From positions 14,570,001 to 14,634,000 of the forward strand of contig OX597815.1 in NCBI GenBank assembly GCA_951406725.2: a stretch of DNA of 64,000 nt. The letters are read 5' to 3'. Source of the stretch: Octopus vulgaris (lineage: Eukaryota). Shown here piece by piece: positions 13,679 to 27,046 of this stretch; the stretch's first letter is position 1, and the number at the start of each line of letters is the position of its first letter. The notes under the pieces are model-generated. The model was not told the DNA's origin and made no database searches. It saw only the letters and a list, made by a program, of their open reading frames with translations. A program made the position numbers and the translations under genes.

Positions 13679-13782
13679 TAGATATACGTGTGTGCGTGCG
13701 TGTGTATGTGTCTAAGACATACTTTGACTCGAAACTAAACGCGTGCATTTGTTAAGTAGCTTTACAACTAATACTTACGTAT

Positions 13783-13871
<89 letters not shown>

Positions 13872-14372
13872 TATACACCCATATAGATAGATAGAGACAG
13901 ACAGACAGACAGACAGACAAACAAAGATAGAGGAGACAGAGAGACAGAGAGACAGATATTTCGCCTACAATGCTAAACAAATATTCATAAAATTGAGATT
14001 TTAAGACTAGTCTTAAAACAACGGGTCGAAACAGCGAGCCTCTGATACTGTATATTCTGGTGATATACGTGACCTTACTTCAAAGTAAGTCTCCTGCAAC
14101 AAACTGTTCTCTTCTGAAAACTATGTCTCACATTAGGCAGTCGCATAAGCCCTCCTCAGAGAGCAGTATATACACAAGACTAATCACAGTGGGTAAATAT
14201 GACGAGGAAAATCTACCTTAAACTACTCCATGTAGAATTAACCTCCTGGGAACGAACATTCTCAGAAACAAGATACATTTGAACTCTCCAAGGTGCATCG
14301 TAACTTTATAAATATGGAACAGATTTTTTTTTCTAATATTTTGTTACTGATACGACCGTGTTCAAGTTTAAT

Positions 14373-14781
14373 GAGTGGCTGTGTGGTAGGTAGCTTGTTT
14401 ACCAACCACATAGTTCCGGGTTCAGTCCCACTGCGTGGTACATTGGGCAAGTGTCTTCTACTATAGCCTCGGGCCGACCAAAGCCTTGTGAGTGGATTTG
14501 GTAGACGGAAACTGAAAGAAGCCCGTCGTATATATGTATATATATATATATAAGTGTGTGTGTATATGTTTGTGTGTCTGTGTTTGTCTCCCTAGCATTG
14601 CTTGACAACAATGTTGGTGTGTTTACGTCCCCGTCACCTAGCGGTTCGGCAAAAATAACCGATAGAATAAGTACTGGGCTTACAAAGAATAAGTCCCGGG
14701 GTCGATTTGCTCGACTAAAGGCGGTGCTCCAGCATGGCCGCAGTCAAATGACTGAAACAAGTAAAAAGAGAAAGAGAGTAA
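14373..14781 (+). mobile_element. SINE family D (tRNA head, internal TA/TG tract, AAAAGAG tail)
   Basis: GAGTGGCTGTGTGGTA...GGTTCAGTCCC head; TSD GATACGACCGTGTTC; at least 6 full copies in the window. Confidence 0.88.
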
Positions 14782-15236
14782 GAGATACGACCGTGTTCCG
14801 GTTTAATTTTTATTATAAGGATTTTTTTTTATATTTGCTTATAATTCGTTTATGTTGAGCTCAGCACAATATTTCTTTTATTCACAATCTATTATTCTGT
14901 TAACATTTCAAAACCATCTCGGCTTCGTCGTTTATGAAAATGTTAACGACCTTCAGACATATAATGTGACAGCTGCTCAGCCATTTGATCTAATTTCATT
15001 TTTATTGCCCAGTATCACCGGGATTAATTCAGGCGCTAAAGTGTTATCTAAATTAAAGCTGACATTAAAGGAGTTTTGTTACGTCTGAATAACTATTGAT
15101 AGAAAATTTAAAACCTTTATTTTGAATATCACAATAAGGCCCTTCCTACATTTATCTAACGTAACTCCATTAGTGTTGTGATCACTGCTAATCCCTTATC
15201 TGAATCGATCGACGCTGGGGATCGGCTATTATATGA

Positions 15237-15455
15237 ACTGGCAGAAACGTTAGCACGCCGGGCGAAGTGTGTAGCCGTATTTCGTCTGTAGGTTCAGAGT
15301 TCAAATTCCGCCGAGGTCGACTTTGCCTTTCATCCTTTCGGGGTCGATAAATAAAGTACCAGTTACGCACTGGCGTCGATATAATCGACTTAATCCGTTC
15401 GTCTGTCCTTGTTTGTCCCCTCTATGTTTAGCCCCTTGTGGGCAATAAAGAAATA
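15237..15455 (+). mobile_element. SINE family C monomer
   Basis: Matches the family C unit. Confidence 0.85.
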
Positions 15456-16016
15456 TATTATATTTCGCTTTGAGAACGTCCAGTACAGACTGAGATGGCA
15501 ACATATATTTGTGCAATCATATGACTCACCACTCGCAAGGAAATTGCTTATTGCACCATATATGTCTTTTTTTTACCTCGACTGTATCCTTATCGAAGAG
15601 CAGAATCTTTGTAACATGTGCAATGATCTCCAAGTTTATTCTATTTAACCACACATCAATATTTCTCATCCAAGTCTGGTGTCTCACTAAGTAAAGAAGA
15701 CGTTATCGACAGATAAAAATCGATGGTATTGAATAGTGTGAAGCTAGAATTCTGTTTATTGCAATTTTCTTTAAACTATTTAACGACTCTGTTGCCATTC
15801 GCCCAGTTATTGCAATCGAGTTCCTCTCCTAAATTTCTTAGTAATTTTATTTAGAACTACTTTGCTAATTCGAAAAGTTTAAATAATGAAATTTTTGTCT
15901 TAACGTGGTTTATTAGCCGATATCTGGTATTAATGGCAAAAATCGGGGGTTTTTTTGTAATATATGTGTGTGCGTATCACAAGCAAAAATTAGCATAAAT
16001 ACATACGTATGTACGT

Positions 16017-16083
<67 letters not shown>

Positions 16084-16422
16084 TGTGATTATGTTTGTGT
16101 GTGTGTGTTTGTCCCCCAACATCGCTTGACAACCGATGCTGGTGTGTTTACGTCCCCGTAACTTAGCGGTTCTGCAAAAGAGACCAATAGAATAAGTACT
16201 GGGCTTACAAATAATAGGTCCTGGGGTCGATTTCTTCGAAATGAGGAGTAGATAGACACCCAACAACTGATGAAAGGCGTTCTCTATGTTATTTGTCCTG
16301 TTCTCCTTTTTTTCTCTCGTTGTTTGCGTATTTAACTCATTTGTTTTCATAATTCATGTTGTTTACATAGTTGGTAACTTCCTGTACTTATATATGCATA
16401 TATATATATGCATATATATATA

Positions 16423-16510
<88 letters not shown>

Positions 16511-16573
16511 CGTATCATAAAACCAAGCGTGGCATCCTATACGGGACAGTTCTACTACTTTTATAGCCTCAGG

Positions 16574-16669
<96 letters not shown>

Positions 16670-17036
16670 CACATACATATCGCTATAATGGTTAAGAAGT
16701 TCGCTTTACAACCACATGGCTTCGAGTCCACTCCTACGTCACCACATCTTAACGTCTTCTGCTCTAACTACGAATGCATCATTGCCTTGTGAGGGAATCC
16801 TGTAGACGGAAACTGCATGGAAGCCTGTCATGTGTATGTGTGTCTGTCTGTCTCTCTGTATATCTGTATGTTTGTGTGTCTGTTTGTGTACGTATGTGTT
16901 TGTCCCATAAGGCTTAATAAACGGTATTTTTTCCGTAGATTTCAAAGATTTAAAATACCCTTAAAAGACGTTATTGTTTACTGATAGCTGGAGTAATCTC
17001 AGTTGATTGTAGTCTCTCAACTCGCTATACTATATA

Positions 17037-17262
17037 GCGAGCTGGCAGAATCGTTAGCACGCTGGGCGAAACGCGTAGCCATATTTCGTCTGCCGTTACG
17101 TTCTGAGTTCAAATTCCGCCGAGGTCGACTTTGCCTTTCATCCTTTCGAGGTCGATAAATTAAGTACCAGTTACGCACTGGGGTCGATGTTATCGACTCA
17201 ATCCGTTTGTCTGTCCTTGTTTGTCCCTTCTGTGTTTAGCCCCTTGTGGATAGTAAAGAAAT
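17037..17262 (+). mobile_element. SINE family C monomer
   Basis: Matches the family C unit. Confidence 0.85.
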
Positions 17263-17678
17263 ATATACTGTATATGTAAAAGGTTACCGTACAATTGTCT
17301 ATGACTGTCACGCTGTATCAAGCTCGGCCACAAAGAGATTCTGCGTGGTCATTTGACTTGCTTGAAATAACAGTCAGATCTCTCACAAATCACACGTAAA
17401 CATGTTCAGAAATAAAGGACACATTGTAAGTAATAAAATCGAAACATCCTCTGCTTTCACTAGCTTTGTTTAATGATAAGATCCAGTTCTGCCTGATCGT
17501 CACTGTTTCTCCAAAATTCCAATTAGCTAATATTATTTGTGTTTTCTTCTTTGCTTGTTGTTTTCGACTTTAAACGCCCATATAGAGAATTTTTATCAGA
17601 ATGTGGTAATAATCTCTTTGGCGGGAGTTTTACAACTCACTAAATTGCTTATGGGAGACCCTACGTATGATGTACTGA

Positions 17679-18568
17679 GGAGTTAAGGTACTTTTGGTGC
17701 CAGCGATTTGGTGCCAGCGATTTGGTGCTAACGATTTGGTGGCCACTGATTCACGTAAAACCTTCTTCTCTCTCTCTTTCTCTCTCTCTCTCGATACATA
17801 TATATGTGTGTGTGTGCGCGTGTATGTGTGTGTGCGCGTAGATGTGTGTGTATGCATGTGTACTTGTCTTCCGCGCCAAATAGTCTTGAAACGTTTTGAT
17901 ACCGAGAACTGATTTTTACTAGTTCGCCATGAACACTACGGAAACTCAAAAATTGTTCCGATGCTTATAAATACCGACTGAAAAGCTAAATAAAGCTACA
18001 TTTATCGATATATCACGATAATAATCTCTTTAAAGGCGACGAGCTGACAGAATCGTTAGCATTTCGTCCGTCTTTACGTTCTGAGTTCAAATACCGCCGA
18101 GATCGTCTTTGCTTTTCATCCTTTCGGAGTCAATAAAATAAGTACCAGTTGAGTACTGGAGTCGATGTTACCGACTGACCCGTTTCCCGAAATTGCTGAC
18201 TTTGTGCCAAAATTTGAAACCTGTATAACAATCTCATCTTTCAGAAAAAGAATTTATATTTTGCTGTGCAATGTGTCATTTCAAGAGAAACTTTCACATC
18301 CTAACTATTGTACCTTATACTTGATATTACCAACACGTTGTTGCTATTTCAATTTCTTTGTCCTACAGTGAGGACAACAAATAAATGTTTGAGTGGTAGA
18401 CTTAATCTGTCACTCGGTTTGAAACTAGCTCATGGTACTTTGGGTGCGTTTCGCAAAGCCCAATCTATTGAAAGCATTTTTATCCAAGTGCCCGGTTTTA
18501 GAATAGCGTCTTCTCTCCTTCCAGTCTCGGAGAACCTCTAAATAGTTATGGGCACCGGCTTACCTCTC

Positions 18569-18636
<68 letters not shown>

Positions 18637-18771
18637 AATATATTTGTGTGTGCGCGCGCGTGTGTGTATATGTATGTGTACTTATCTTCCGCGCCAAATA
18701 ATCTAGAGTCAAAAATATTATTATCGCCAAAACAGTGGCGCCAAAACATCTCCGCCCAATCGTCCCACTCC
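17679..18771. mobile_element. Possible degraded Mutator/foldback-like non-autonomous element
   Basis: GGAGT...ACTCC ends; subterminal TTTGGTGCC / GGCGCCAAAA repeats; RTTN..RLN motif at ~18370 resembles a MULE C-terminus. No TSD seen. Confidence 0.3.
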
Positions 18772-18993
18772 GTATATTTAGTATATGTGATGCTTCCTGT
18801 CGTATTTTCCCACAGGTTCTTAATTGGATAAAACAGTCCTACGTACGTATACTTAAACAATAACCAAAATAAAAGATATATTTGATTACAAATCTACTCT
18901 TCCACGTCCGGTCCCGGGATGTGGAAACATCAACATCGTCGCTATCATCGCCGTCATCACCACCACCAACTTTCCAGACATTAAAGTTATTGT

Positions 18994-19410
18994 TTATTTC
19001 TTTACTACTCACAAGGGGCTAAACACAGAGGGGACAAACAAAGACAGACAAAGAGATTAAGTCGATTATATTGACCCCAGTGCGTAACTGGTACTTATTT
19101 AATCGACCCCGAAAGGATGAAAGGCAAAGTCGACCTCGGCGGAATTTGAACTCAGAACGTAGCGGCAGACGAAATACCTATTTCTTTACTACCCACAAGG
19201 GGCTAAACACAGGGGGGTGGGGACAAACAAGAACAGACAAAGAGATTAAGTCGATTATATTGACCCCAGTGCGTAACTGGTGCTTATTTAATCGACCCCC
19301 GAAAGGATGAAAGGCAAAGTCGACCTCGGCGGAATTTGAACTCGGAACGTAACGATAGACGGAATACGGCTACGCATTTCACCCGGCGTGCTAACGTTTC
19401 TGCCAGCTCG
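18994..19410 (-). mobile_element. SINE family C dimer
   Basis: Two units visible. Confidence 0.85.
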
Positions 19411-19467
19411 ATTTCAAATTGCATTGTACACTCTCCTGACACAAAGTAGTACATTATTAAAACCCAC

Positions 19468-19876
19468 TGATCTTCTCGGTTTGAACGGCAGTTTTTTTTA
19501 AATAATTTCCACGTAACTAAACACTTTTAAACTTCGTACACTGGTAGAATGTGTTTATAAAACATCTTTTTATCTTGGCTTTATTGAGAAAATTCTATAG
19601 TCTGTAAGATATTTGTGGGTTTTTTTCTTCAATTTCTGTAATTTCAACCAATCAATGACGTCTATTTGAGGTGAAAACATTCTGTGCTGTATGAATATGT
19701 CCCTCGTTTAAGAAACAGATTGGGTTTATTTACATTTCTGAAGAAAAAAAGATACCCTTCTCCCCATCCCTAACCCTAACCCTAACCTTAACTAACCCTA
19801 ACCCTAAAACAGATTGAAATGCAATAGATCGATACTAGGGACATAATTATGGGTGACAATTTCATATGACACCGCT
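19468..19876. mobile_element. Truncated MITE-like element with internal (CCCTAA)n
   Basis: Left end GATCTTCTCGGTTTGAACGGCAG and AAACTTCGTACACTGGTAGAATGTG are shared with the TIR at 55604; telomere-type hexamers at 19768-19807. Confidence 0.6.
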
Positions 19877-20429
19877 GTAAAGTGTTGCCCCAAAGTGACC
19901 ATAGTAAGAATGTTCTAGAGAAAGAAGACAACTATAAATGCACGTGCGTGATTGTATGTGTGTGTATGAAAGAGAGAGAGAGGGTGAGAGACGAGGAGTG
20001 AGGAAGCGGTGGAGACATATGCGTGACATGCAATTAATAAATCCGCCCCCAGAAAAAAAAATATTCCTCCTCCGCACATGTTTATGAGATCGAACTCAAA
20101 ACGCTAACCATTGCAGAGTTTATGACTCACTCCTTCCATTTGATATTTATTTATTTATATTTGCATTTTGTTTGCTTGTCGTTTTTATGGTTGTGACGCT
20201 TATAATTTTTATATTTACGTAAGAATGCGCTGTATTAGATGTTCTTATTGAACATCTTAAAATCACAGATCTCTTTCAAATACTTGCGCATATTCTCCCT
20301 CCCTTCCCTTCTTCATCTCCCTCGCTCTTTGTATGTATATATATATATATCTATATGAATACATGCAATGCACTCAGGTATGTGTATGATTATATATATA
20401 TATAATAATAATACTAATACTACTACTAC

Positions 20430-20542
<113 letters not shown>

Positions 20543-20609
20543 TGAGGGAATATTTTTCAAAACTTACAGGGAAAAATTCAATTTAGAAATACTAAATCAA
20601 ATTTCACAA

Positions 20610-20675
<66 letters not shown>

Positions 20676-21109
20676 TAGAAAAACCACCTTTTATCAATTC
20701 AATAATAAAAAAATAAATTATACTATTTAGAAAAATGTTTTAAATAGAAAGATTAAATATAAAGATGCGTAGTAAGAAGCTTGCTTCCCAACTACATGGT
20801 TCCGGGCTCAGTCCCACTTCGTGGCACCTTGTATGTATGTATGTATGTATGTATGTATGTATGTATGTATGTATGTATGTATGTATGTATGTATGTATGT
20901 ATGTATGTATGTATGTATGTATGTATGTATGTATGTATGTATGTATGTATCTATGTATGTATGTATGTATGTATGTATGCATGTATGTATGTATGCATGT
21001 ATGTATGTATTCATGTATGTAAGTATTCATGTATGTATGTATATATGTATGCATGCATGTATCTATGTATGCATGCATGTATGTATGTATGAATGTATGT
21101 ATGTATCAA

Positions 21110-21260
21110 ATAAAAAAAGAAATCAGTACAAATACTTGTTAAAAACCAGTCTTGAAGAGTTGAATATTCCATACCAAAATGTTGAATATTTAGCTCTTGA
21201 CAGAAATAAATGCCGAAAAAGGATCTGGTCAAGGCTAAAAGATCGCCTTTCAGTTACTCA
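21110..21260 (+). mobile_element. RTE-type LINE C-terminal fragment
   Basis: KKRNQYKYLLKTSLEELNI..EYLALDRNKCR matches the RTE end motif (K.R.KD.LK.SL...WE.LA.DR..WR). Confidence 0.55.
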
Positions 21261-21323
21261 ACGTATTAAAAGACTTGCATTTCTAGGACTGGCTTGTGAT
21301 GTAGAGAAGTGTTAAACATTATA

Positions 21324-21523
21324 GGAGCAGGAGTGGCTGTGTGGTAAGTAGCTTGCTAACCAACCACATGGTTCCGAGTTCAGTCCCACTGCGTGGCATC
21401 TTGGGCAAATGTCTTCTGCTATAGCCTCGGGCCGACCAATGCCTTGTGAGTGGATTTGGTAGACGGAAACTGAAAGAAGTCTGTCGTATATACGTATATA
21501 TATATATATAAACATAGACGCAC

Positions 21524-21556
<33 letters not shown>

Positions 21557-21840
21557 GCGGTCACAGGATGTGACGAAAGAACTTGGCCGAAATAAGTGTG
21601 TGTTTATAGTGTGTGTTTTTATTGGCTAAACTGTATGACCATTTGTCCCCCTAGCATTGCTTGACAACCGATGCTGGTGTGTTTACGTCCCCGTCACTTA
21701 GCGGTTCGGCAAAAGAAACCGATAGAATAAGTACTGGGCTTACAAAGAATAAGTCCCGGGGGTCGATTTGCTCGACAAAAGGCGGTGCTCCAGCATGGCC
21801 GCAGTCAAATAACTGTAACAAGTAAAAGAGTAAAAGAGTA
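21324..21840 (+). mobile_element. SINE family D
   Basis: Family D head and tail, with a short extra segment in the central microsatellite. Confidence 0.85.
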
Positions 21841-22226
21841 TTCAATGGAGTGTGAAGAAGATAAACAGCTGTTCGATGATGTGCTGAGGGGAGAATCTGA
21901 CTGTACAGTGCAGGGCAGAAGAAACAAAGGACTTTTCCGATCAATGCTTCTTTTTAAGTAGAATAAGAATAACTAGGTTTGTATTGACAGATAAATATTG
22001 GGTTTCTAGAATTGCTTGGTTTGATTAAATCTTATAGTTTTATACGCTTTCTCTGCTTTCTTCTTATTTCTGTTTTCTTAACCGCTGTCAATAATTGTTC
22101 ATGTGCGCGTGAATATGAGAACACTAAAACACATACACACACACATATACACACAAAATGTACACAGACGTGTGTGTGTATGTGTGTCTGTGTCTGTCTG
22201 TTTATTTATGTATTTATTTATCGGCA

Positions 22227-22233
22227 TATAAAA
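22227..22233 (+). promoter_or_regulatory. Candidate TATA box of the peptide gene
   Basis: TATAAAA 88 nt upstream of the ATG at 22315. Confidence 0.5.
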
Positions 22234-22314
22234 CAGATCGCCACCTGACTGTTTAAGCGAGAACCTCTTCTTTCCATCTTGCAAGACATTTGAAAACCAG
22301 CCTTCTCGATAATC

Positions 22315-22428
22315 ATGGCGTCAACTCTTAAATTCGTTGTGCTTCTCTCAGTTGCCATTGGCCTTCTTGTCACAACAACCAATGTGATGGCTGACCAAGA
22401 TAATCCTGAAAATCCGCCGACAGAAAAA
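22315..22428 (+). CDS. Exon 1 of a putative secreted peptide precursor (MASTLKFVVLLSVAIGLLVTTTNVMA-DQDNPENPPTEK)
   Basis: Good Kozak context ATCATGG; n/h/c signal-peptide pattern with V-x-A site; ends at donor AA|GTAAGC (phase 0); unique sequence. Confidence 0.72.
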
Positions 22429-24269
22429 GTAAGCATTTTATTTTTTATTTTTACATTTTCAGTCATTATTGCGTCATTGGACTTATTCATTTTACCCTAT
22501 AACATTAATTATCAATATGAAGAAAACAATATTCGTTATTATGATTTAGCTTATTCAAATTTGATGTAAAACCTCTCATTTTCATGAATACATATAGGAC
22601 AGTGTTGTTAAGAAGCTCGTTTTGCAACCATGGGGTTTCTGGTTCAGTCCCAAAGAGCGGCACTTAGGGCAAGTATCTTCTGTTACAGTGAATTTGGTAG
22701 ACGGAAACTAAGTGGAAGCTCGTCGTATGTGTGTGTGTATCTGTTTGTCCCCAGTAGTGCTTGACGACCGGTGTTGGTTTGTTTACGTCCCCGTCACTTA
22801 GTGGCTCGATGAAAGAGACCGACAGAATAAGCACCAGGCTTATTCTGAGAAGTCCTAGACAAATTAAGTACAAGGCGACGCCCCAGCAAGGCCGCAATCC
22901 AATGACTGACACAAGTAAAAGAAAATAAATAAAGGCATAGATACACGCTCATGGTGATTACTCTGATCGACCCCAGTACTCAACTGGTTCTTATTTTATC
23001 GACCCCGAAAGGATGAAAGACAAAGTTGACTCTGGCGATGATATTTGAACTCAGAACATAAAGACAGACGAAATGCTGCTAAACATTTCGCCCGACATTC
23101 TTACGATTCTGCCAGCTCACCGTCTTCAAAGACACCAGAATATTGGTCAGGTCGAATCGTTGAATAGTTTCTTAAGATGAGCATCTTATCTGTAATGTCT
23201 TGAAAGTGAGACACTGTACAACTTGTCAGAAATTGAAACCCTATCGCTGACACGATACACCAGGAACTTACCGCGACACACTGGCGTTCATAATCAATTG
23301 AATCCGTTCGGTGTATCGTTGGTATTTATTTCGAGTGAAAGGGCGGGGGTGGCAGGTAAAAGATGAAAATTATATGGGTCCCTGGACTACCGGTATTCAA
23401 CTAGTAAACATTGATCAACTTTAGTGGGTGAATAAAAGACGAAAATATAATGAATCTCCGAGCTGTAGGATGATGAACCAGCATCTGTTATCAACTCTAG
23501 TTTTCGATAAAAGAATACAGTGGATCACCGGACTATGCAGTACTGAACTAACCACCCATTAATCCAATCCAGCTTTCTACAATCTGTACTATCAAGATTA
23601 CAATTTCCTTTTTCCAGTCAGAAAAGATATCTCTGCGTTGTTGCCTGATCTCCAAGAAGTAGCAGCTAAATTTCTTTGAACTCTTACTTAGGCGTCTTGA
23701 AAACGATATCTGTTGTTGCATTGCATAATGTACGCTGGGGTTATTTTGATCATAGATCCACTCATCCACCTAATCAGGCATTAAACAACAACAGTGACCT
23801 CTTTCTTTAGGTTACATACAAAACCGTATATCTTTATGAAGGCTTACGGGATGTTGTGGTTTTCATCACTTCAAAGCGAGTGAATAACTTCGATAGATGT
23901 GAAATAACTTCGATGGAAAAAGTAAACGGAGAAGAGTACCAGGAATTTACGATTTAGATAGCATGTGCAGTGTGTTACGATGAGATATCACACTGCACAA
24001 CAGAATATATCCATAGATTTTTAATCAACATTGTATGAAATAGACAAAAGTAAACACTGTCTGTGTATACAATGAAAATCTGTATACGCAATGACTTCGT
24101 GGACACTCAACCCTGTATGAGATTTCATCAGTGAGACAGTGCTTGTAAGTCCACAATTCCTACGGGATAAAATAAACGGAATAGACCAAGTTATATGCCG
24201 CACCCCTGGTAGTTAGTTTGACAATCTGTTAAAGAGTAATATTTCAATGCTTTACTACACTGCAGGATA

Positions 24270-24605
24270 TACGTGGTGCGATGAATAAACTGTCGTCTAA
24301 ATTACGCAAAAATGAAAATAACACTGGCATCTCATTTTAACAGATATATTTACCAAAATTACATAAAAATATCTTGAAATACTAAAGAGTAAATTTATTC
24401 AATAAAATCGCCATTGGCTTCTACCACGACCTCCAGACGACTTCGGAATATCCTGCAACTCTTCTAGACAGTCTTCGTGTTTACGTTGGTGAATGGTGCC
24501 ATAATCCTTGCCTTCATTTCATATTTGGCGTTACAAGGAGTTCTGTTGGTCTCTCGCTCAGCTGCGTCCCACACATAATAATCAAAGGGGTTGCAGTCTA
24601 AGTCA
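24270..24605 (-). mobile_element. Tc1/mariner (maT/DD37D-like) 3' fragment
   Basis: Minus translation [18 protein letters not shown]...FRSRLEVVVEANGDF. Confidence 0.7.
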
Positions 24606-24655
24606 AACGATTGTGGGGAGACAAACACAGACACACAAATACACGCATACATACA

Positions 24656-24757
<102 letters not shown>

Positions 24758-24797
24758 ATATATATATGAATATATATATGAATATATATATATATGA

Positions 24798-24850
<53 letters not shown>

Positions 24851-24854
<4 letters not shown>

Positions 24855-25036
24855 TAATCCAAACATGAAAACACAACAACGTGGAACAAGTATAGTGTTA
24901 TTGGACGCTCAGGAAAGGAAAGAAAGAAGGGGGATTTAACTTTTCGAGTGGAGCTCTTCATCAGAAACATAGGAAAAGGAAAGATCCGAGGAATGGAAGA
25001 CGGAGGAAAAAATCGCCAACGATACACACGCGGTCA
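24851..25036 (-). mobile_element. Penelope-like pLTR fragment (copy of 11762-11970)
   Basis: High similarity to 11762-11970; embedded in (TA)n. Confidence 0.65.
24934..24968 (-). ncRNA. Minimal hammerhead motif, mutated
   Basis: Minus: GUUU-CUGAUGA-A-GAGCUCCACUC-GAAAAGUU-AAAU; GAAAC has become GAAAA. Confidence 0.55.
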
Positions 25037-25047
25037 TATATATATAA

Positions 25048-25225
25048 CGGGAAAGTTTACGAAAATAAACAAAAGACGAAGGCAGGTGGAGTACACACAA
25101 ACAAATGTATTAGTATAGCGCTCAGGAATAGAAAGTCTTTTACGTTTCGAGCCTACGCTCTTCGACAGAAAGATACACAGAAAAAAACAAGGAGAAAAAC
25201 AAGGAGAGAAAAAATGCGTGTAGGA
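25048..25225 (-). mobile_element. Second Penelope-like pLTR family fragment
   Basis: Flanked by (TA)n; shares CGCTCAGGAA with the neighbouring element; contains a hammerhead motif. Confidence 0.6.
25136..25173 (-). ncRNA. Minimal type I hammerhead motif (core variant CUGUCGA)
   Basis: Minus: UCUUU-CUGUCGA-A-GAGC GUAG GCUC-GAAAC-GUA-AAAGA; perfect 5-bp stem I and 4-bp stem II. Confidence 0.65.
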
Positions 25226-26226
25226 GATATATATATATATATATATACATATATATATACTACGGGCTTCTTTCAGCTTCCGTCTCCCAAATCCACTCAC
25301 GAGGCTTTGGTCGGCTCGAGGCTATAGTAGAAGTGTGACTGAACCCGGAACTATGTGGTTGGAAAGCTAGCCTCTTACCATTACAGCCACTCCTGCGCAA
25401 AAGTTTTGAGTAAACATTCTCGAAGACCTGTAATGTTTTGTATAAACACGATCAGAAATAGCAATTTATCACAAGTAGAACCAGAAACAGATCAATTATG
25501 TGTTTAACTATTGGCACTGTATTTTCGCGTTGTATTCATTCTTCACGTTTATCTGTTTATTTAGTTTTTCTTTTTTTTTCTGTGTTTTTTTTTTCTTTTT
25601 TCTGTGTTTGTGTTTTTGTTTTTCTTTCCCTTTTTTCATTCTTTATTCCCTATTGCCGTTGTCATCGTTGACGCTGTTATTGGGAGCTGGGGGTGGAGGA
25701 TAACGGCATCTTCTTCAATGAACAGTGTTACAAGAAAAACAGCTTCGTCTTTCTTATTGATTACAATACGTTGTTTCGATTAAATGAAGACATTATCCCT
25801 CTCTCTATCATACGTTTGTTTTGGCTTTTTTCTTTCTCTTTCTCTCTCTCTCTCTCTCTGCAAAGACCTTTCCTTCGAAATCCTAAACTATTTATGTTCT
25901 TGATAAACAAAATATTTTGTATGCAAATGGTTTTACTACTGAGATCGGTTGCAAACTGAATCGATAATGGTGCCCTTCTATAAACCAAACGAATGAAAGA
26001 TTCGTGTCTATCCTTTGTCTATCCTTTGTCGCTATTCTATCCTTTGTCGCTATTCTATCCTTTGTCGCTATTCTGTGCCTTTAATAGGGGAACTTAACTC
26101 ACAATGGTTAACATCAGCTGTATCAATCTTACCGTTTTGGAAAAGCCTGCGAAGATCATGAACACAGTTCATTCCTTTGCACTGAAACCATATAACAAGC
26201 AAAACATATACTTAGCTATAATAGAT

Positions 26227-26648
26227 AGGCGCGGGAGTGGCTGTGTGGTAAGTAGCTTGCTTACCAACCACATGGTTCCGGGTTCAGTCACTCTGCGTGG
26301 CACCTTGGGCAAGTGTCTTCTACTATAGCCTCGGGCCGACCAAAGCCTTGTGTGTGGATTTGGTAGACGGAAAACTGAAAGAAGCCCGTCGTATATATGT
26401 ATATATATATATATGTATTTGTGTGTGTTTGTGTGTCTGTGTTTGTCCCCCCTAGCATTGCTTGACAACCGATGCTGGTGTGTTTCTGTCCCCGTTACTT
26501 AGCGGTTCGGCAAAAGAGACCGATAGAATAAGTACTGGGCTTAGAAAAAGAATAAGTCCCGAGGTCGATTTGTTCGACTAAAGGCGGTGCTCCGGCATGG
26601 CCGCAGTCAAATGACTGAAACAAGTAAAAGAGTAAAAGAGTAAAGAGA
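26227..26648 (+). mobile_element. SINE family D
   Basis: Full head-to-tail match to family D. Confidence 0.88.
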
Positions 26649-27046
26649 TAGCAGAACCAGGAATAAAGTATGATAGAAGCAATACACATGTACACATGTA
26701 CTCCCGTGCAGGAGTATATGTGTACTACACGAGTATATGAGAGAGAGAAAGAGGGAGAGAGAACAACTCTCTCATGATAGAAAGAAGATTTTATCCGTGG
26801 TGTACTAAACGATGTGAACCTGTTCCAACATTTGCGGCTAAAATTATTCTTCTCAATCAATCAGGTGGCACGATTGTTTTTTTAGCGGTAGCCTATAATA
26901 CTTTAACAATAGAAGTGGATATACGTCGGTCACTTCTACATTAATCTGCGTCTATGGACAGATCTAGCAACAGTAACAACTGTAATACAGATAACGAAAT
27001 AAAACTATTTTACCCACTGTCACGCTCAACAGCTATGGCAGCCATA

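Larger units (their letters stand above)
11590..13950. repeat. Cluster of (TATG)n, (TA)n, (GATA)n and (TG)n microsatellites
   Basis: Directly visible, with short unique spacers. Confidence 0.9.

Noticed and set aside
16238-16400. GAAA...GTA...CTGATGAA near a PLE-like fragment
   Set aside because: I could not build the three stems; at most a truncated half motif.
22429-22569. C-terminal half of the 84-aa ORF 22315-22569
   Set aside because: It lies after a consensus GTAAGC donor in T-rich intron-like sequence and is probably read-through.
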